In this document: piece after piece, positions 51,501 through 64,000 of the stretch
How the letters are laid out: the number at the start of each line of letters is the position of its first letter
Position numbering within the stretch: the stretch's first letter is position 1
From: Azolla caroliniana
Taxonomy: Eukaryota; Plantae; Polypodiophyta
Length of the DNA stretch: 64,000 bases
Assembly (NCBI GenBank): GCA_043228905.1
Contig: JBHGNT010000010.1
Span: forward strand, 19,282,001-19,346,000
Direction: 5' to 3'
Made by a program: the position numbers and the translations under genes
Notes under the pieces: model-generated
The model's database searches: none
What the model saw: only the letters and a program-made list of their open reading frames with translations
What the model was told of the DNA's origin: nothing

Positions 51501-51819
51501 ACCAGGCGCCTAGGTGGCTGTTTCCACTGATGGCTCCCAATATTGTACATGGGTTGTAATTATTTATGTATATCTGAAGCAAAAGTGGGTTAGTATAGTC
51601 ATGTTACCCGGATAATGTTGCTAGAAAAGAGTTAGTTGGGGGATGTAGAGTAGGGGTAAAATGGGGTTTATTTCAGTTTTGTTGTTGTTGTTTGATAGTT
51701 TTGGAGTTGTTCCTCCAAGTTAAGTATGTTGATCCCACTGTGGATTCAAGTAAACTCTGTTGTATTCTATTTGCTAACTACTCCGAAGTAGTGTTTTTTT
51801 GGAAATAAATAGATAAATA
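48563..51819 (+). mobile_element. 5'-truncated L1-type LINE (RT + zf-RVT + C-terminus + 3'UTR) with 10-bp target-site duplication
   Basis: LLNTIYKIFANILAKR, LMLDFEKAYDRVQW, SVR*GCP, DSEYADDTML, VKYLGF, LSLAGRVVVVNHIL, FWRRLW...LESISHCFWNC, VWHIWIRRC, with multiple stops. agtattgcat flanks it at 48553-48562 and 51820-51829. Confidence 0.92.
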
Positions 51820-53769
51820 AGTATTGCATAGTATAAATGAAAGAACAAGTGACACGTAATTACATATGTGGCATACTTATTAAGGCAAAGTTTATTTGTT
51901 GTTAGCGAAAGTATAATTCAAATATCACAATAATGGTCCACACTTCATATTTCAAATGAAATAGCGAAAATCCAATCGATTCACCACACACAATTAATGG
52001 ATGTATACTATACACATGAGTATAAGAAGGTGTCTAGGAGACCAAGTGTTATAATTATTACGGCTTCAGCTTTCATTGATTAATTAATTTCAAAAAGTTT
52101 ATTTGATGAAGTATTCCCTTACATAATAAGAACTATATGCCTAGATGTTAGGCATCATGCCACATGCCTAAACATCAAACATTCGTCAACTATCCACATG
52201 CATAGAAAGATACATTGGTATAAGGTTGGAACTTATAAAAAAGACACTTTTATTCACATTCATTCTCTTGTGGTATTCCTATACGACGAAGAATAACATA
52301 CATTTCTTTATTAAAGAAGTAATGTATATCACGTTAACAGTAATCATGAGAGACTCTTTGTCTAGTATGCATTTTTTAAGTCATATATAGTTTCTTTACA
52401 CTTAAAAGGAGATCTTATAATCTTCAATTATCTATTTTCTAGTCACCCTTTTCCATATGCAATTTCTTCAAGCAAAGCCTTGACTTCTTGCAAGGATGAA
52501 CCTGAGGTTTTACTATATTTTAACAATTCGATCCGAGATTCTTCTTTCTCACTGCTTGTAATTTTGATCTTAATTTCTCATTCTAGCCTATCTTTGAACT
52601 TAAAAAACATGTTGAATGTTTTGGAAAAAAAAACATGTTGAAGGCTACAACATCAATAACTCCATATATATATAAAATCTCTCTTTTTGTTTTTGGGTAA
52701 AAGCACACAATTATATTAAGTGTATGTAAAATCTCTCTCTCTCTCTCTCACACACACACAATATTTCTGCACTTGCGTAATCAATATAATCAGAAGATAC
52801 ATGGAAGGATATTGAACCATATTTCATACATTCAGTTTGAGCTATTTCTGCACCATTCGATCAACCTGGACGACAAATACAAATTCTCTTCACACATTTG
52901 CAATTTTCAATCTCTTGGAATATGGATGTACAAATTTATACAAATGATTTCTTTTTTCTGGTCCCCAAGGTATCTCCTGAAGGGGTAATAACCGCTTTTG
53001 AAGGAGCAAATAATATGTATCATTTGTATTCTATGTAATATTATTGTTCATGCTCAAAAGAAAAACAAAAAAGAACAAATAATATTATAAAACTCCACTT
53101 GGCTACTAACAATGTTCGACTACTTGCCCTAGATTACTATACTACACGGTACACCATATATATTTTCTTAACTTACTAAATGCTTCTCTATTGTCTCATA
53201 CATATTTCCTTGCTTATCATATGTTTCTCTATTACACCAATATTTTCTTAACTTACTAGACACCATTGTGGAATGATCTAAACAAAATCGCCACATAAAT
53301 ACCACCGTCAACTTTCATAGATATGCTAAAGCATTGTACATATCTCCTCCCCCCTCCCTCTTTCAATGGAATATACTACTGGTGGGAAACCTCAGCAACA
53401 AGGCGAAAGAAAACCAATGAAGCATACTATGAAAACACGCACACACACATTAATCGAAGCCCTTTTTTATTCTCTTAATTAGCTTACCTTAGTGGTAAGT
53501 TATTGAAGTACTATCCCCACATTTAGGTATGAGACCCAAATTTCTCATCTCTCTATTCCTCCATAAGTATCCTCTCAATTTACTAGATGTCATTGTGGAC
53601 TGGTCAAACTCATAACAAAGTATTTTTTCTATTCTAATTAACTTACTCTAATGGTAAGTTATTAGATTACTAACCCACCATTTTGGGTTTGAAACACAAT
53701 TTTCTCACCTCTTTATTACTCCATACATATCCTCTTAATGTGTTGGATGCCAACATGGAATGTTAAGGC

Positions 53770-54062
53770 TTGAATCCATGACCTTCTAGTCTCCATTGTT
53801 CAACTTATGAACACTTGATATATGAATTGATGTGCTTGTCCTTAATGGGATGAAATGAAAATTCAGGGTTGAACCCATGACCTTCTAGTCTCCATTGTTC
53901 AACATATGAACACTTGATATATGAACCGATGTGCTTGTCCTTAATGGGATGAAATGATAATTCAAGGTTGAACCCATGACCTTTTAGTCTCTATTGTTCA
54001 ACATATGAACATTTGATGTATGAACCGATGTGCTTGTCCTTAATGGGATGAAATGAAAATTC
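53770..54062. repeat. Tandem repeat, ~99 bp unit, 3 copies
   Basis: ttgaacccatgaccttctagtctccattgttcaacatatgaacacttgatatatgaaccgatgtgcttgtccttaatgggatgaaatgaaaattc is present three times. Confidence 0.92.
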
Positions 54063-55659
54063 ATTCAGGTGATCTCGTACATTAATAATTAAAATATTAA
54101 TTAAGTTACTTTCTAAAAACTTTCTCTTTCTCTTTCTCTCTCTAGAATTTACCTATTTAGCTAGTCTAGATGGTGTACTTGGTTATTATGCTAGTTTAAC
54201 ACACTAGAGATCTCTAGTTCAAGTCCAAGTTTGGATAGTCTAACAACACCTCTCTCTCTCTCTCTCTACTTATGTTGCATACATCAAGATAATGTAATAT
54301 TCTCTATTTCATGTGATTCTCTATTTATTCTAGTTTAGGTTGGCTTGAGAGATTAAAAAATCAATCCTTGCCACAACCAATAACATATTGCATCACGCTT
54401 ATTATAATAGAGTTCAATGAGGAGAACGCAACCCACAATTTCAATTGCCTTTGATTCTTCGCTAGTATAATATTGCAATCTCAACTACCAATATATGCTA
54501 CTTGGTACCAATTGAGTTGATGATTTAAAGGTGTATTGAATGCAAGTCTCATCATAGTCAGTTTGACACCTTAATGGTTAGGTCTCATATACCACTTCAA
54601 ATTTATATTATTGTTTCAACGTGATCATACTTCCATAGGGCATTGAGTTAGCTCTTATCATCCTCAATCGATCCTACAAGTCCTATATGTTGCGTTACTA
54701 ATACATAGGTTGTGTCCAACAAATGGCCACATTATGACATAGAATGCATATAACAATGTTTTCAATTGATTAGAAGGTGTGATCTTTTGTTTATGGTTTC
54801 CCCTTGCTCTCACTTCCACAAAGACTAAAATGTTGGTACTTCACCCCTTATAAGTTGGATCGTCAGCTTCTTTTGGTACAAAACCAAATAGGTAGGTTCG
54901 TTTAACGACTTACACATTGATATGTCAACATGTTGTCTACTTTCATGTATAACACAACCCCTAGTTCTCTCCCATGCTAATGGTCCTTAAGTGTCATCAC
55001 TGTCAATATTAAAATGATGCTTTGTTTATTTGTTGATACAATTGATATTCAAGTTGTTTGTTTCCTTGTGCGTATGATCCAAAGTTATATGATCTCATAT
55101 ATTATCCCTATATTGTGGAAAGATCTTTGCATATGAACAAACACTGAAAGCCAATTTTTTTTTTGCCACAGAATTTTTTGGCTGGTTTGGTGTCAACTTT
55201 CATGCACATTGAGATTCTTGTCTGTTTATTTCATATATATCCCATTGTCCCAAGTGCTCTCTTAGGCACATTGTCCCTAGCCCTCACCTCTTACACTGGA
55301 ACAACCGTTTTTAAATCACAAAGGCATATGCCTTAAAGCTAAATTCATTTGCACTCACACCCATTGCGATATCCCTATGTCACTTAAATTCATAGATAGG
55401 ATCCCGATTTCCTCATCTCTTGTAGTTTCCATAGTTCTCTCTAAAGTCTTGCTCATAACAGTGTCCCTATCCCCACCTCCTAGATTATTGGAGTGACTTC
55501 TTATATTTGACATAGCATAAATTTATTATTATCATTTCACCACATCTTGTCATTATTGGAATTTAGATCGCCATCTTGAACTTTTTTTTATTGCATAAAA
55601 TGTTGATAGAGCAAATAAACAATTTGTGTTATGTTTATGTTAGAAGGTGAATCATGCAT

Positions 55660-56055
55660 GTCTGTCTGTCTGTCTGTCTGTCTCACTCACTCACTCACTC
55701 ACTCACTCACTCTCTCTCTCTCTCTCTTCCTTTTTTATTGTACCTAGTGGTAAGTTGTTAACACTACAAGCACCATGTCTTGGGTTCAAAACCCAAATCT
55801 CTCTATTTCTCTCTCTCTCTCTCTCAATGAAAACACACATTTATTAAAAAACACTACTTACAATGGGTGTGACAATAGAGTATGGTCATATTTTGGGTTT
55901 GAAACCCAAATCTCTTTCTCTCTCTCTCTCTCTCGCTCTCTCTCGATGAAAACACACATTTATTAAAAAACACTACTTACAATGGGTGTGACAATAGAGT
56001 ATGGTCATATTTGCCGTTCAAAAAGACAAACCAAATCTCTCTTTCTCTCTCTCTC
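55660..56055. repeat. Compound microsatellites plus ~121-bp tandem duplication
   Basis: (TCTG)n(CTCA)n(CT)n, then aaacccaaatctct(ct)n..atgaaaacacacatttattaaaaaacactacttacaatgggtgtgacaatagagtatggtcatattt twice. Confidence 0.85.
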
Positions 56056-58721
56056 AAGTTTTATCCTCGCCATGCCCTCGGCCCCTCCCATTGCAATTGG
56101 CCTCCAGTGGACATTTAAAAAATGTCTCTATCCCCCCCCCAACCAACCAACCAAAATATACCTCATATATTGTTACCGACAGAATGTTTGAAATGAAAAA
56201 TGCCCAATATGCTTCACATATTGTTACCGACGGAATGTTTGAAATGAATAATGGCCGAGAATATTCCTTGTAATAAAATAGATTTTCCTTGAAATACTTC
56301 ATATTCAAAAATGTCTTCAAGTTCTAAACTACAAGGTACATGACCGGATGAGAAAAAGATTTGCCATGAGGCTTGATACCTCTAGTTCTCTCTCTTCATT
56401 AAACTATACTTTCATGAGGCAAAATTTTCTCTATAGATACCAACAAACATATTAAGAAACAACACTTAAAGAAAATCACTAATTGCACGAGACTTGGACA
56501 ATATTAGGCCATAGAAAAAGAAAGTAGGCAATGGCGCGATGAATAGTTTAATTATGAGGCCTTCAATGTTGTTCAAACGTTTACAAATGATGACACGGGC
56601 TTTCATTCTCTTCCTGATTTCATGCATCTCTCTCTCTCTCTAGTAGTTCATAAAACACTTTGAATATAAGCCAGTTGGATGCCCGACAAACAATAGCTCT
56701 ATTTTGTACTCGAAAAAATGTCTTTAATTCAATATCATTACCTTTCCCAAATTCCCATGGAACTTTCCATCCTTCCATGTTTTGTCTAGGGCCCCCCTTC
56801 CAATGCATTCTCACATGAGTCCTTATGCAATCACATGTCACCCTATTGTAGACTAACACTTAATGCTTATCCCCAATGCCTAGGCTTCCCTCCTTGCAAA
56901 CTTTTATTGTCCTCCATGCACTTATCCCTCTTTGAGGTCTCCACCCTCACAAAATTTTCAATCCCATTTGCTTCAAATTGGCACATAAATCGCATTTTTC
57001 AAGGAAGTTAGGAAACTTCATCTTCATCAAATAAGAATTCCTTCCTTTCCCCAAGAATACCCCTTTTCCCATCTCGATTCTTCTCTCATCTCAACAACCT
57101 TCCATTCTACTAAATTGCTCATAAAATGAGAAGAAAAGGTGTGATATTACAACATTCATGTAGCTTTATTATTGAAAGTACGGTTCCATCATGTCACAAT
57201 GACATATAAAAGGAAATGTATATGATTTGTCGAGACTCTAGTACACTATCCTAAATATTCATCGACAATTAAAAAGCGTTTCCAACGATGTGTCTAACAT
57301 AGAATAGTGGCATATCCTAAGTGTAAGTTATTGTCAAATAGTGGGAATGGACATTTACAATTCCAATCTTCTAATGTTCGAATATTTTTGTAAACCTCAA
57401 AATTGAATGCTTTATACAAAGAAGCACAAAACTTGGCACGTGAATTTCGATCATTAACATTGTATATACCTAGAAAAGTACTAGTCACAATCATATTTAG
57501 GTGCAGAAATAGAATATTGATCTATCATGCACAATATTATTTCTCAAGCCATTGGAAACATTCCAACATATGTTTTCGAATGGATACATATGTGTACACA
57601 AAGTCTTGACATTAGAATATGACCTTATATTAATTAATATGAAGACTTATGTGTCATCGATGCTTGCAGAAATTTACACAACTAGGATTACATATCACAA
57701 ATAACCATAAATTGATGAAAGAGTAAGAAATATTCAACACAATTGAATGACAAGGTTTTCACCCGATGTGATAAGAATATTTTACTTGATTGGGATTTGA
57801 ATCACCTCATTAATAATCCCTAGCCAACTAAAGGGAAATGCTTGTACTCGTTAAAAAACATGTAGGAATTGTGTTGTGCCAATCTTGGCATCAATATGTA
57901 AACTTCAATTTCTAATGTAATCTTGTTGTTCTTGTTAATTACAAGAATGAATTCATAAAAAACATATAATCAATTTTGTAGATGTCATTCCCACTCAAAG
58001 TGATGTTAAGCCCTAGAATCCATACAAACATTCCACATCTAAAACTACAACTATTACCACATCTTCATGAATGGTTCCATAGATTATCATTATGAAGTAG
58101 AGGAAACATTACACAATCAATTTATTGTTCTCTCCAAGTGGCATTTTAAATATTCTACAATCAATTGCATATTTGTTGTCTCAACCTCGTGACAACTAAT
58201 CTATATATGCCAACCATGCAATGGAATAATGTTAGAAATAAAAAGAGAAGCTAGTAACAAGAGACATCAATATTTAAAAAAGGGGAAGTAGTGACTCACT
58301 CTAGAAACTTTGGGGAGAACAGTTCCATGTACGTAAAGAATCCTAATGTGATTATATTAAACTAATGCATGGTAGTGAGATGTCAACCTAGGTATATGGA
58401 TTATAAAAAACATTTCCTATGGATAGATAGATAGATAGATATATGAGATATGGAATTTGTAGGCTACACAACAACTCCGTAGGTTGAAAGGAAAGTTGAT
58501 TTGGCAAGTTTTGTAACTATGTTGAATGGGGATGTACATAGTCCTAAGAATAGGTAGATTTATGTCATCCACTACTTCATTAGTGGGTTCAACATGTACA
58601 TTCCACAATGGCTTCTAATGAATTAGAGATATGTATGGAGTAATAGAGAGTTGAGAAAATTGGTTTCCAACCCAAGGTGTAGTGCTAGTAATGTAACATT
58701 TTACCACTACGGTAAGCTAAT

Positions 58722-58724
<3 letters not shown>

Positions 58725-58782
<58 letters not shown>
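58725..58782. repeat. (GA)n microsatellite
   Basis: About 29 perfect units. Confidence 0.95.
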
Positions 58783-58785
<3 letters not shown>

Positions 58786-59247
58786 GTAACTGTGGAAGAT
58801 GGTATCTTGGAGTCACGTAGGAAAATGATGGCCTTTCGGACAATCAGAAATAAGTTTCATTTACTACGTGGATATGGGTATATTTGGCAATCAATATTGG
58901 CATTGCCTAGATTAGTTTTCCTTATTCCAAAGTTGGTGGTCGAGGACCCATGGAAAGATTGGTCATTTAGTATTGGGAAATCGATTTTTGTGGTGCACGC
59001 TAATAATGTGCACCATATAAGTTGGTTGAAGATAGAGCTTGGTTATCAAATAAGGTTTTGGATACATGGTACATTACTCGACATGTAAAGTGGTCGCGTA
59101 GAGTTTTAGATGCATGGTAGCAGTCTCATATTCCATTTCGTGCAAAAGGGTTTCTTTGGCGTGCCATTGTCATGATGAAACTCACATGATGTCTTCAAAT
59201 GATTTGAAGCCATAACCTTATTATACACATGACAAATCCTTAACCAT

Positions 59248-62200
59248 TGTAATGATATGTTTATATGTAAAGTTTTTAGAATATATAATCTAATATCATA
59301 AGAATATTCTAGATTACTCTACATTCTAGAATGTCCTAGAATATTCTAGAGTTCTATATACAAGAACCTTCTAGAATACTCTATTGGGATGATTAATAGG
59401 GATCTATTAATCATCTCAAAACCAAATTGGTTCAACGCCATTCTATAGCTCCTTATTGCCCACTCTTTGTAATCCATCTTACGGTGCAATACAATACTTT
59501 CCTTTCAATTCTCTCTCTTTTTGTCTTAACAGTCTCTCTGTCTTAACACTATATCTCTCCTTCTCTCTCTTTGTCTTGACAGTTTGAACCAAAATTTCAT
59601 TTCTCCCTCTTCCACAAACCCTAAGAAGTTCTCGTCTTTCTTCTCCTCTCCCGTCATAAGCTATGGAGTCCATGAGCAAACAAGAATATATGCATGTTCT
59701 TTCTGAGCTCGACATGCTCACAAATAAATTTGTGGCATTAGAGCATGAAAATTCAAGGCTACTTGGGGATCTACAACTGTGAGTAAAGAAAAAGCTCAAC
59801 AATATGAAGAGTTATCACAACGGGTTCACCAACTCGAGGCTACTATATTGTCATTACGAGAACAAGCGTTGGGGGCTCAAAACTCCCTAGAGAACCAAAG
59901 ATTAGCCTCCCTACCAAGTTTGATGGTACGAGGTCTTTATTTCAAGGCTTTTTGAATCAAGTCCATTTGGTTATTCAGTTACATCCCAATCGGTACCCAA
60001 CTGACGTTGCTCGTGTGGGATTAGTTGGAACCTTGCTATGTGGTACGACATTAGCATGGTTTGAACCACTTCTCGAGAAGAAATCACCGTTGTTGGAGTA
60101 TTTTGAGGCATTTGTTAAGAAGTTTCAAGCAAGTTTTGGAGACATTGACAACACTAGGACGGCGATAAACAAGATTTGAAGGCTTCGATAAGGAGATCGT
60201 CCCGCGTCGGCTTACACAGCTAATTTTCTTCTCTTGGCATGCGATATCCCTTGGGATGAGGTGGCCGTAATGGATCAATTCCGTCAAGGTTTGCGTAATG
60301 ATGTCAAAGATCTTCTTCTTACTTTCCATGAAGATATGAAGTCTCTTATAGAGGCCATTAGTCGAGTTGTGCGATGTGATAATCGTCTATTTGAGCGACG
60401 TTTTGAGCACCAACAAATGTTACGCCGCCAATTGAAACAGACGTACGCTTCTGTAGTTGCAACGCCTCCACAAGTTTCCAGACTCATTACAAAGGATGGC
60501 CCAACTCCGATGGAAATAGAATCAACACAACATCGAGGGCCTTTATCATATGCTGAGAAGCAACGACATTGAGCGCACCGCCTATGCCTATAATGTGGCG
60601 GTTCAAGACATATAGTCATGAATTGTCCACATAAACCTAGACGTCAAGCATACCAAGTAAGTGCACAGGACAACCCTACTTTGAGTTCCATTATTACCTC
60701 TAATAACATAAGTAAGCCTAATAGCCCATGCCATGAGAATAGATTCAATTTCTTGAGCCAATTAAAGGATGTGTTAAATGAGTAAGTTCGGCCAAAATAG
60801 GAGTCATTTGGTTGGATCATCCTAGATATGTAGAGTTAGTTCCTAGTCGTGGTTCCATTTCATCAAATCAAGTAAGTAGAGTTTTTTCTGCACAACTTGA
60901 GCTTACCACATCTACATGTCATCGAGTCCTAGCCTCTGCCCTCCTAGATTCTGGAGCCAACTCTTGTTTCATGGATCATGATTCATGGGTTATCATTGTC
61001 ACAAAACATCCTCTTGAATAAGCTCCCGAACCCAATAGTCGTAGGATTCATTGATGGCCATCCCATAGCATCAGGTGATATAGTTGAGGAGTCCGAGCCA
61101 ATTCGTATAGTTCTTGGCGATTTGGCAAGCATAATCTCTTTCAACATGATTCGTAGTCTAGAACACCAAGTAGTTCTAAGTCTTCCTTGGTTTGAACTCC
61201 ATAACCCGAAGATTGATTGGATGAAAAGAACAATTGAGGAGACCCAAGAATCTCCTACATCATATCCTAGATCCCATAAGTTATCGACCATATCTCTACG
61301 TAGGTTACATGAGGAAGGGGGAAACGAGGACATGTTCGTATTCGCAATAGTAGCAACTCCATCATCCACCTTACATGAAGCAGACATTAAACTACCTGAG
61401 AAATACAAAGAGTTCTCAAACGTCTTTGAAAAGGTGACGACCAATACATTGTTGGAGCATTGGCTATATGACTTCGCTATTGACTTACAACCAGGGAAAG
61501 GACCTGCATGGGGGCCAATTTATAATCCCTCACCCGTAGAGCTAGAGACTTTGTGGCAATATATCGACGAGAATTTGGCAAACGAATTCATTTGGCATTC
61601 TAGATCCCCTGCTGGTGCACCTCTTTTCTTCGTTAAGAAAAAGAATGGGTCTCTTCGGTTGGTCGTGGATTATCGATGGTTAAACAAAGTGACCATCCGG
61701 AATAGATATTCTCTACCATTAATCCTGAATCTTTTGGAACGTCTCATTGGAGCAAAATATTTCACAAAGTTGGACCTTCGTGGTACATATAATCTAGTTC
61801 GGATTCGTCCACGGGATGAATGGAAGACTGCTTTTCGCACTCACTATGGACATTTCGAGTATACTGTGATGCCATTCGATCTCACAAATGCACCTATAGT
61901 TTTCCAACATATGGCGAATGATATTTTTCGATACCTTCACTATAGTTTACCTAGATGACATTTTTATCTACTCGAATACTGAAGAGGAGCATGAAAAACA
62001 TGTTCGTCAAGTACTATGTCGACTACAAGAATATGGTCTCTACGCAAATTTAGAAAAGACTTGTAGTTTCAGCTAGAATCAAATGGAATTTTTGGGGTAT
62101 GTTGTATCATCAGATGGTATTTCTATGGACCCCATGAAGGTCCACACAATTTTAGATTGGTAGACGCCCCTTTCAGTGCGCGATGTGCAATGTTTTCTCG

Positions 62201-63470
62201 GATTTGCAAATTTTTATCGGAAATTTATTAAAAATTACTCGAAGGTCGTGCTTCCACTCACTCAACTCACACACAAAAATCAACCATTCATATGGAGTTC
62301 AGATGCAGCCAAGGCATTTGAAAGTTTAAAACGGGCGTTCACAACAACACCTATTTTAGCACATTTTGACCCAACAAAATGCTTCATCCTTGAAGCTGAT
62401 GCATCCGACTTTGCACTAGGGAGTGTCCTATCATAGACTGAAGATGACAAACAGCTACATCCCATCGCCTTTCATTCCCAAAATTTTGAAGTTGTAGAGA
62501 TCAACTACAAGATACACGACAAAGAACTTCTTGCAATTTTGGATTCTTTGCAACAATGGCGACATTTTTTAGAAGGTTCTTCTCAACAGATCATTTTCTA
62601 TAACGATCATAAGAACTTGACCTATTTCCTAAATGCTCTAGTCTTGAGTCAGCAACAAGCCCGGTGGGCACAATTGTTTACTCGCTTCGACTTTGTAATC
62701 ATATATCGCCCTGGGATGGAACAAGGCAAAGCAGATGCTCTTTCAAGACGCTCTTATATGGAAATTCGTCCAGGGGAACCTACATTTGAGCATAAAAAAC
62801 AAATTCTTTTGGGTCCTAATCGCCTACGATTAATGACAGCTAATGCCATAACAACACTTGAAGATTCCACTCTTCTTGATTCCATTCGAGATCATATCAC
62901 CACTAATGAATTCACCCGATTGTGCTTCTTACTCGCAGTCGAAAAACCCTCATCATGACTATTGTCAGTTCTATTGGCATGGTGGGTTTCTGTTTCGACA
63001 AAACCTATTGTATGTTCCTGATGGTCCCCCACGACTATAAGTTTTACAACATTGCCATGACACACCGATGGCTGGACATTTTGGAGTTCGCAAAACTCTA
63101 GAATTAGTTTCTCTACAATATTGGTGGCCCCGCCTTCATCATTTTGTTGAGGAGTATGTTCACAGTTGTGATACATGTTGTCGATCAAAGAGTCATCGAC
63201 ACCGATCCTATGGCTTACTACAACCACTTCCCATTCCTAAATATCCTTGGATTTCATTACCGATCTCCCAATTTTTAAAGGTTTTGATGAAATTGTCACG
63301 GTGGTCGATCGACTTACCAAAATGGCGCATTTCTTGCCATGTACGGTCTATTACTAGTCAAGAGGCGGACGATCTAGTTATGTAGGAGGTATTCAAGTAT
63401 CATGGTCTTCCGAATGATAATATTAGTGATCGTGGTCCATAATTCATCTCAAAGTTTTGGAAGCACATGT
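59248..63470 (+). mobile_element. Ty3/Gypsy LTR retrotransposon, chromovirus (Tcn1/sushi-like), 5' LTR + gag + PR-RT-RH-IN, 3'-truncated and inactive
   Basis: Putative LTR TGTAATG(59248)...TTGACA(59581). gag from ATG 59663: PKISLPTKFDGTRS.FQGFLNQV...YPTD.ARVGLVGTLL.G..LAWF...QFRQGLRNDVKD. Protease [39 protein letters not shown]...YLDD (61948-61959). [17 protein letters not shown]. Integrase HDTPMAGHFG...CDTC and SDRGP*FISKFWK. Many stops and frameshifts. Confidence 0.93.
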
Positions 63471-63800
63471 TCGACAAGAGTTATGTCAAGAATTGGATGT
63501 TGATTTTGAAGAAGCTGAGGTGGAAAAGGTATTGTTACACCTTCCAAATAGTAAAAGCCTTGGTTGGGATGGTGTTACAAATAAAGTTTTTAAGACGTAT
63601 GCTAGTATGGTTAAGAGTTCATTCACACAAATGTTTCAACAATGTTGGGATTTTGGTTTCATGCCTAAGAGCTGGAAGGTGGGCTTAATCAAATTGATAC
63701 CAAAGGTACCATCTCCGGAGTCATTTCATCAATGGAGGTCTATTTTATTGATGGGAGGGTTATACAAAGTGTTTGCAAAGATATTATCCAAATGTTCAAT
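63471..63800 (+). mobile_element. L1-type LINE ORF2 fragment (N-terminal part of RT)
   Basis: EEAEVEKVLLHLPNSKSLGWDGVTNKVFK...MPKSWKVGLIKLIPK...WRSILLMGGLYKVFAKILS. Confidence 0.85.
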
Positions 63801-64000
63801 TGATTGATTGGATTGGTAGTAAATTGAAGGACAAATTTATGTATTGGAAGTCTCAAATATGGCCCTTACATGTACTACTCAAAGTGGTGTAATGTATCTT
63901 GATACCGATGTTATTATATTTTTTGCCTTTACTACCTTGGACTAAGAAGGCATTACAAAACATGTTACAACCTATTCGGTTCATGTTGTGGCAGAAGGGA

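Noticed and set aside
52330-58300. Possible decayed DNA-transposon or gene fragments (52330-52990, 54400-55100, 56600-58300)
   Set aside because: The composition looks coding-derived, but I could not recognise any motif well enough to name a family.
58790-59200. 145-aa ORF 58651-59088 and possible minus-strand LINE remnant
   Set aside because: The ORF runs through a (GA)n tract, and the LINE similarity is too faint to support.

Overview
AT-rich plant nuclear genomic DNA. The TE complement (Tcn1/sushi-like chromovirus, Copia and L1 types) suggests a non-seed plant such as a fern, but this is inference. Four intact spliced genes could be assembled exon by exon by hand: presequence protease PreP (+, 1533-8637, 19 exons, one GC-AG intron, no apparent organellar targeting peptide), an HVA22-family gene (+, 10161-11874), nuclear cap-binding protein CBP20 (-, 14630-16425, with an AT-AC U12 intron) and an unusually long GARP/G2-like SHLQMYR Myb factor with EAR motifs (-, 33872-39669). 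The rest is TE debris and tandem repeats: a probable decayed CACTA scaffold (about 17.7-31.6 kb) with nested inserts, several 5'-truncated L1-type LINEs (two with target-site duplications), an LTR-less Copia RT/RNaseH block lying between the N- and C-terminal parts of a LINE, a ~250-bp-arm inverted repeat, and a Ty3/Gypsy chromovirus with a possible self-priming PBS that is abruptly joined to another LINE. There is no CRISPR array, rRNA or intact tRNA. I see no clear-cut wholly new system. The best leads are the targeting-peptide-less PreP, the LINE/LTR chimeric junctions, the hairpin locus and the self-priming signature. All coordinates and homologies were derived by eye and from recalled family motifs, with no database search.
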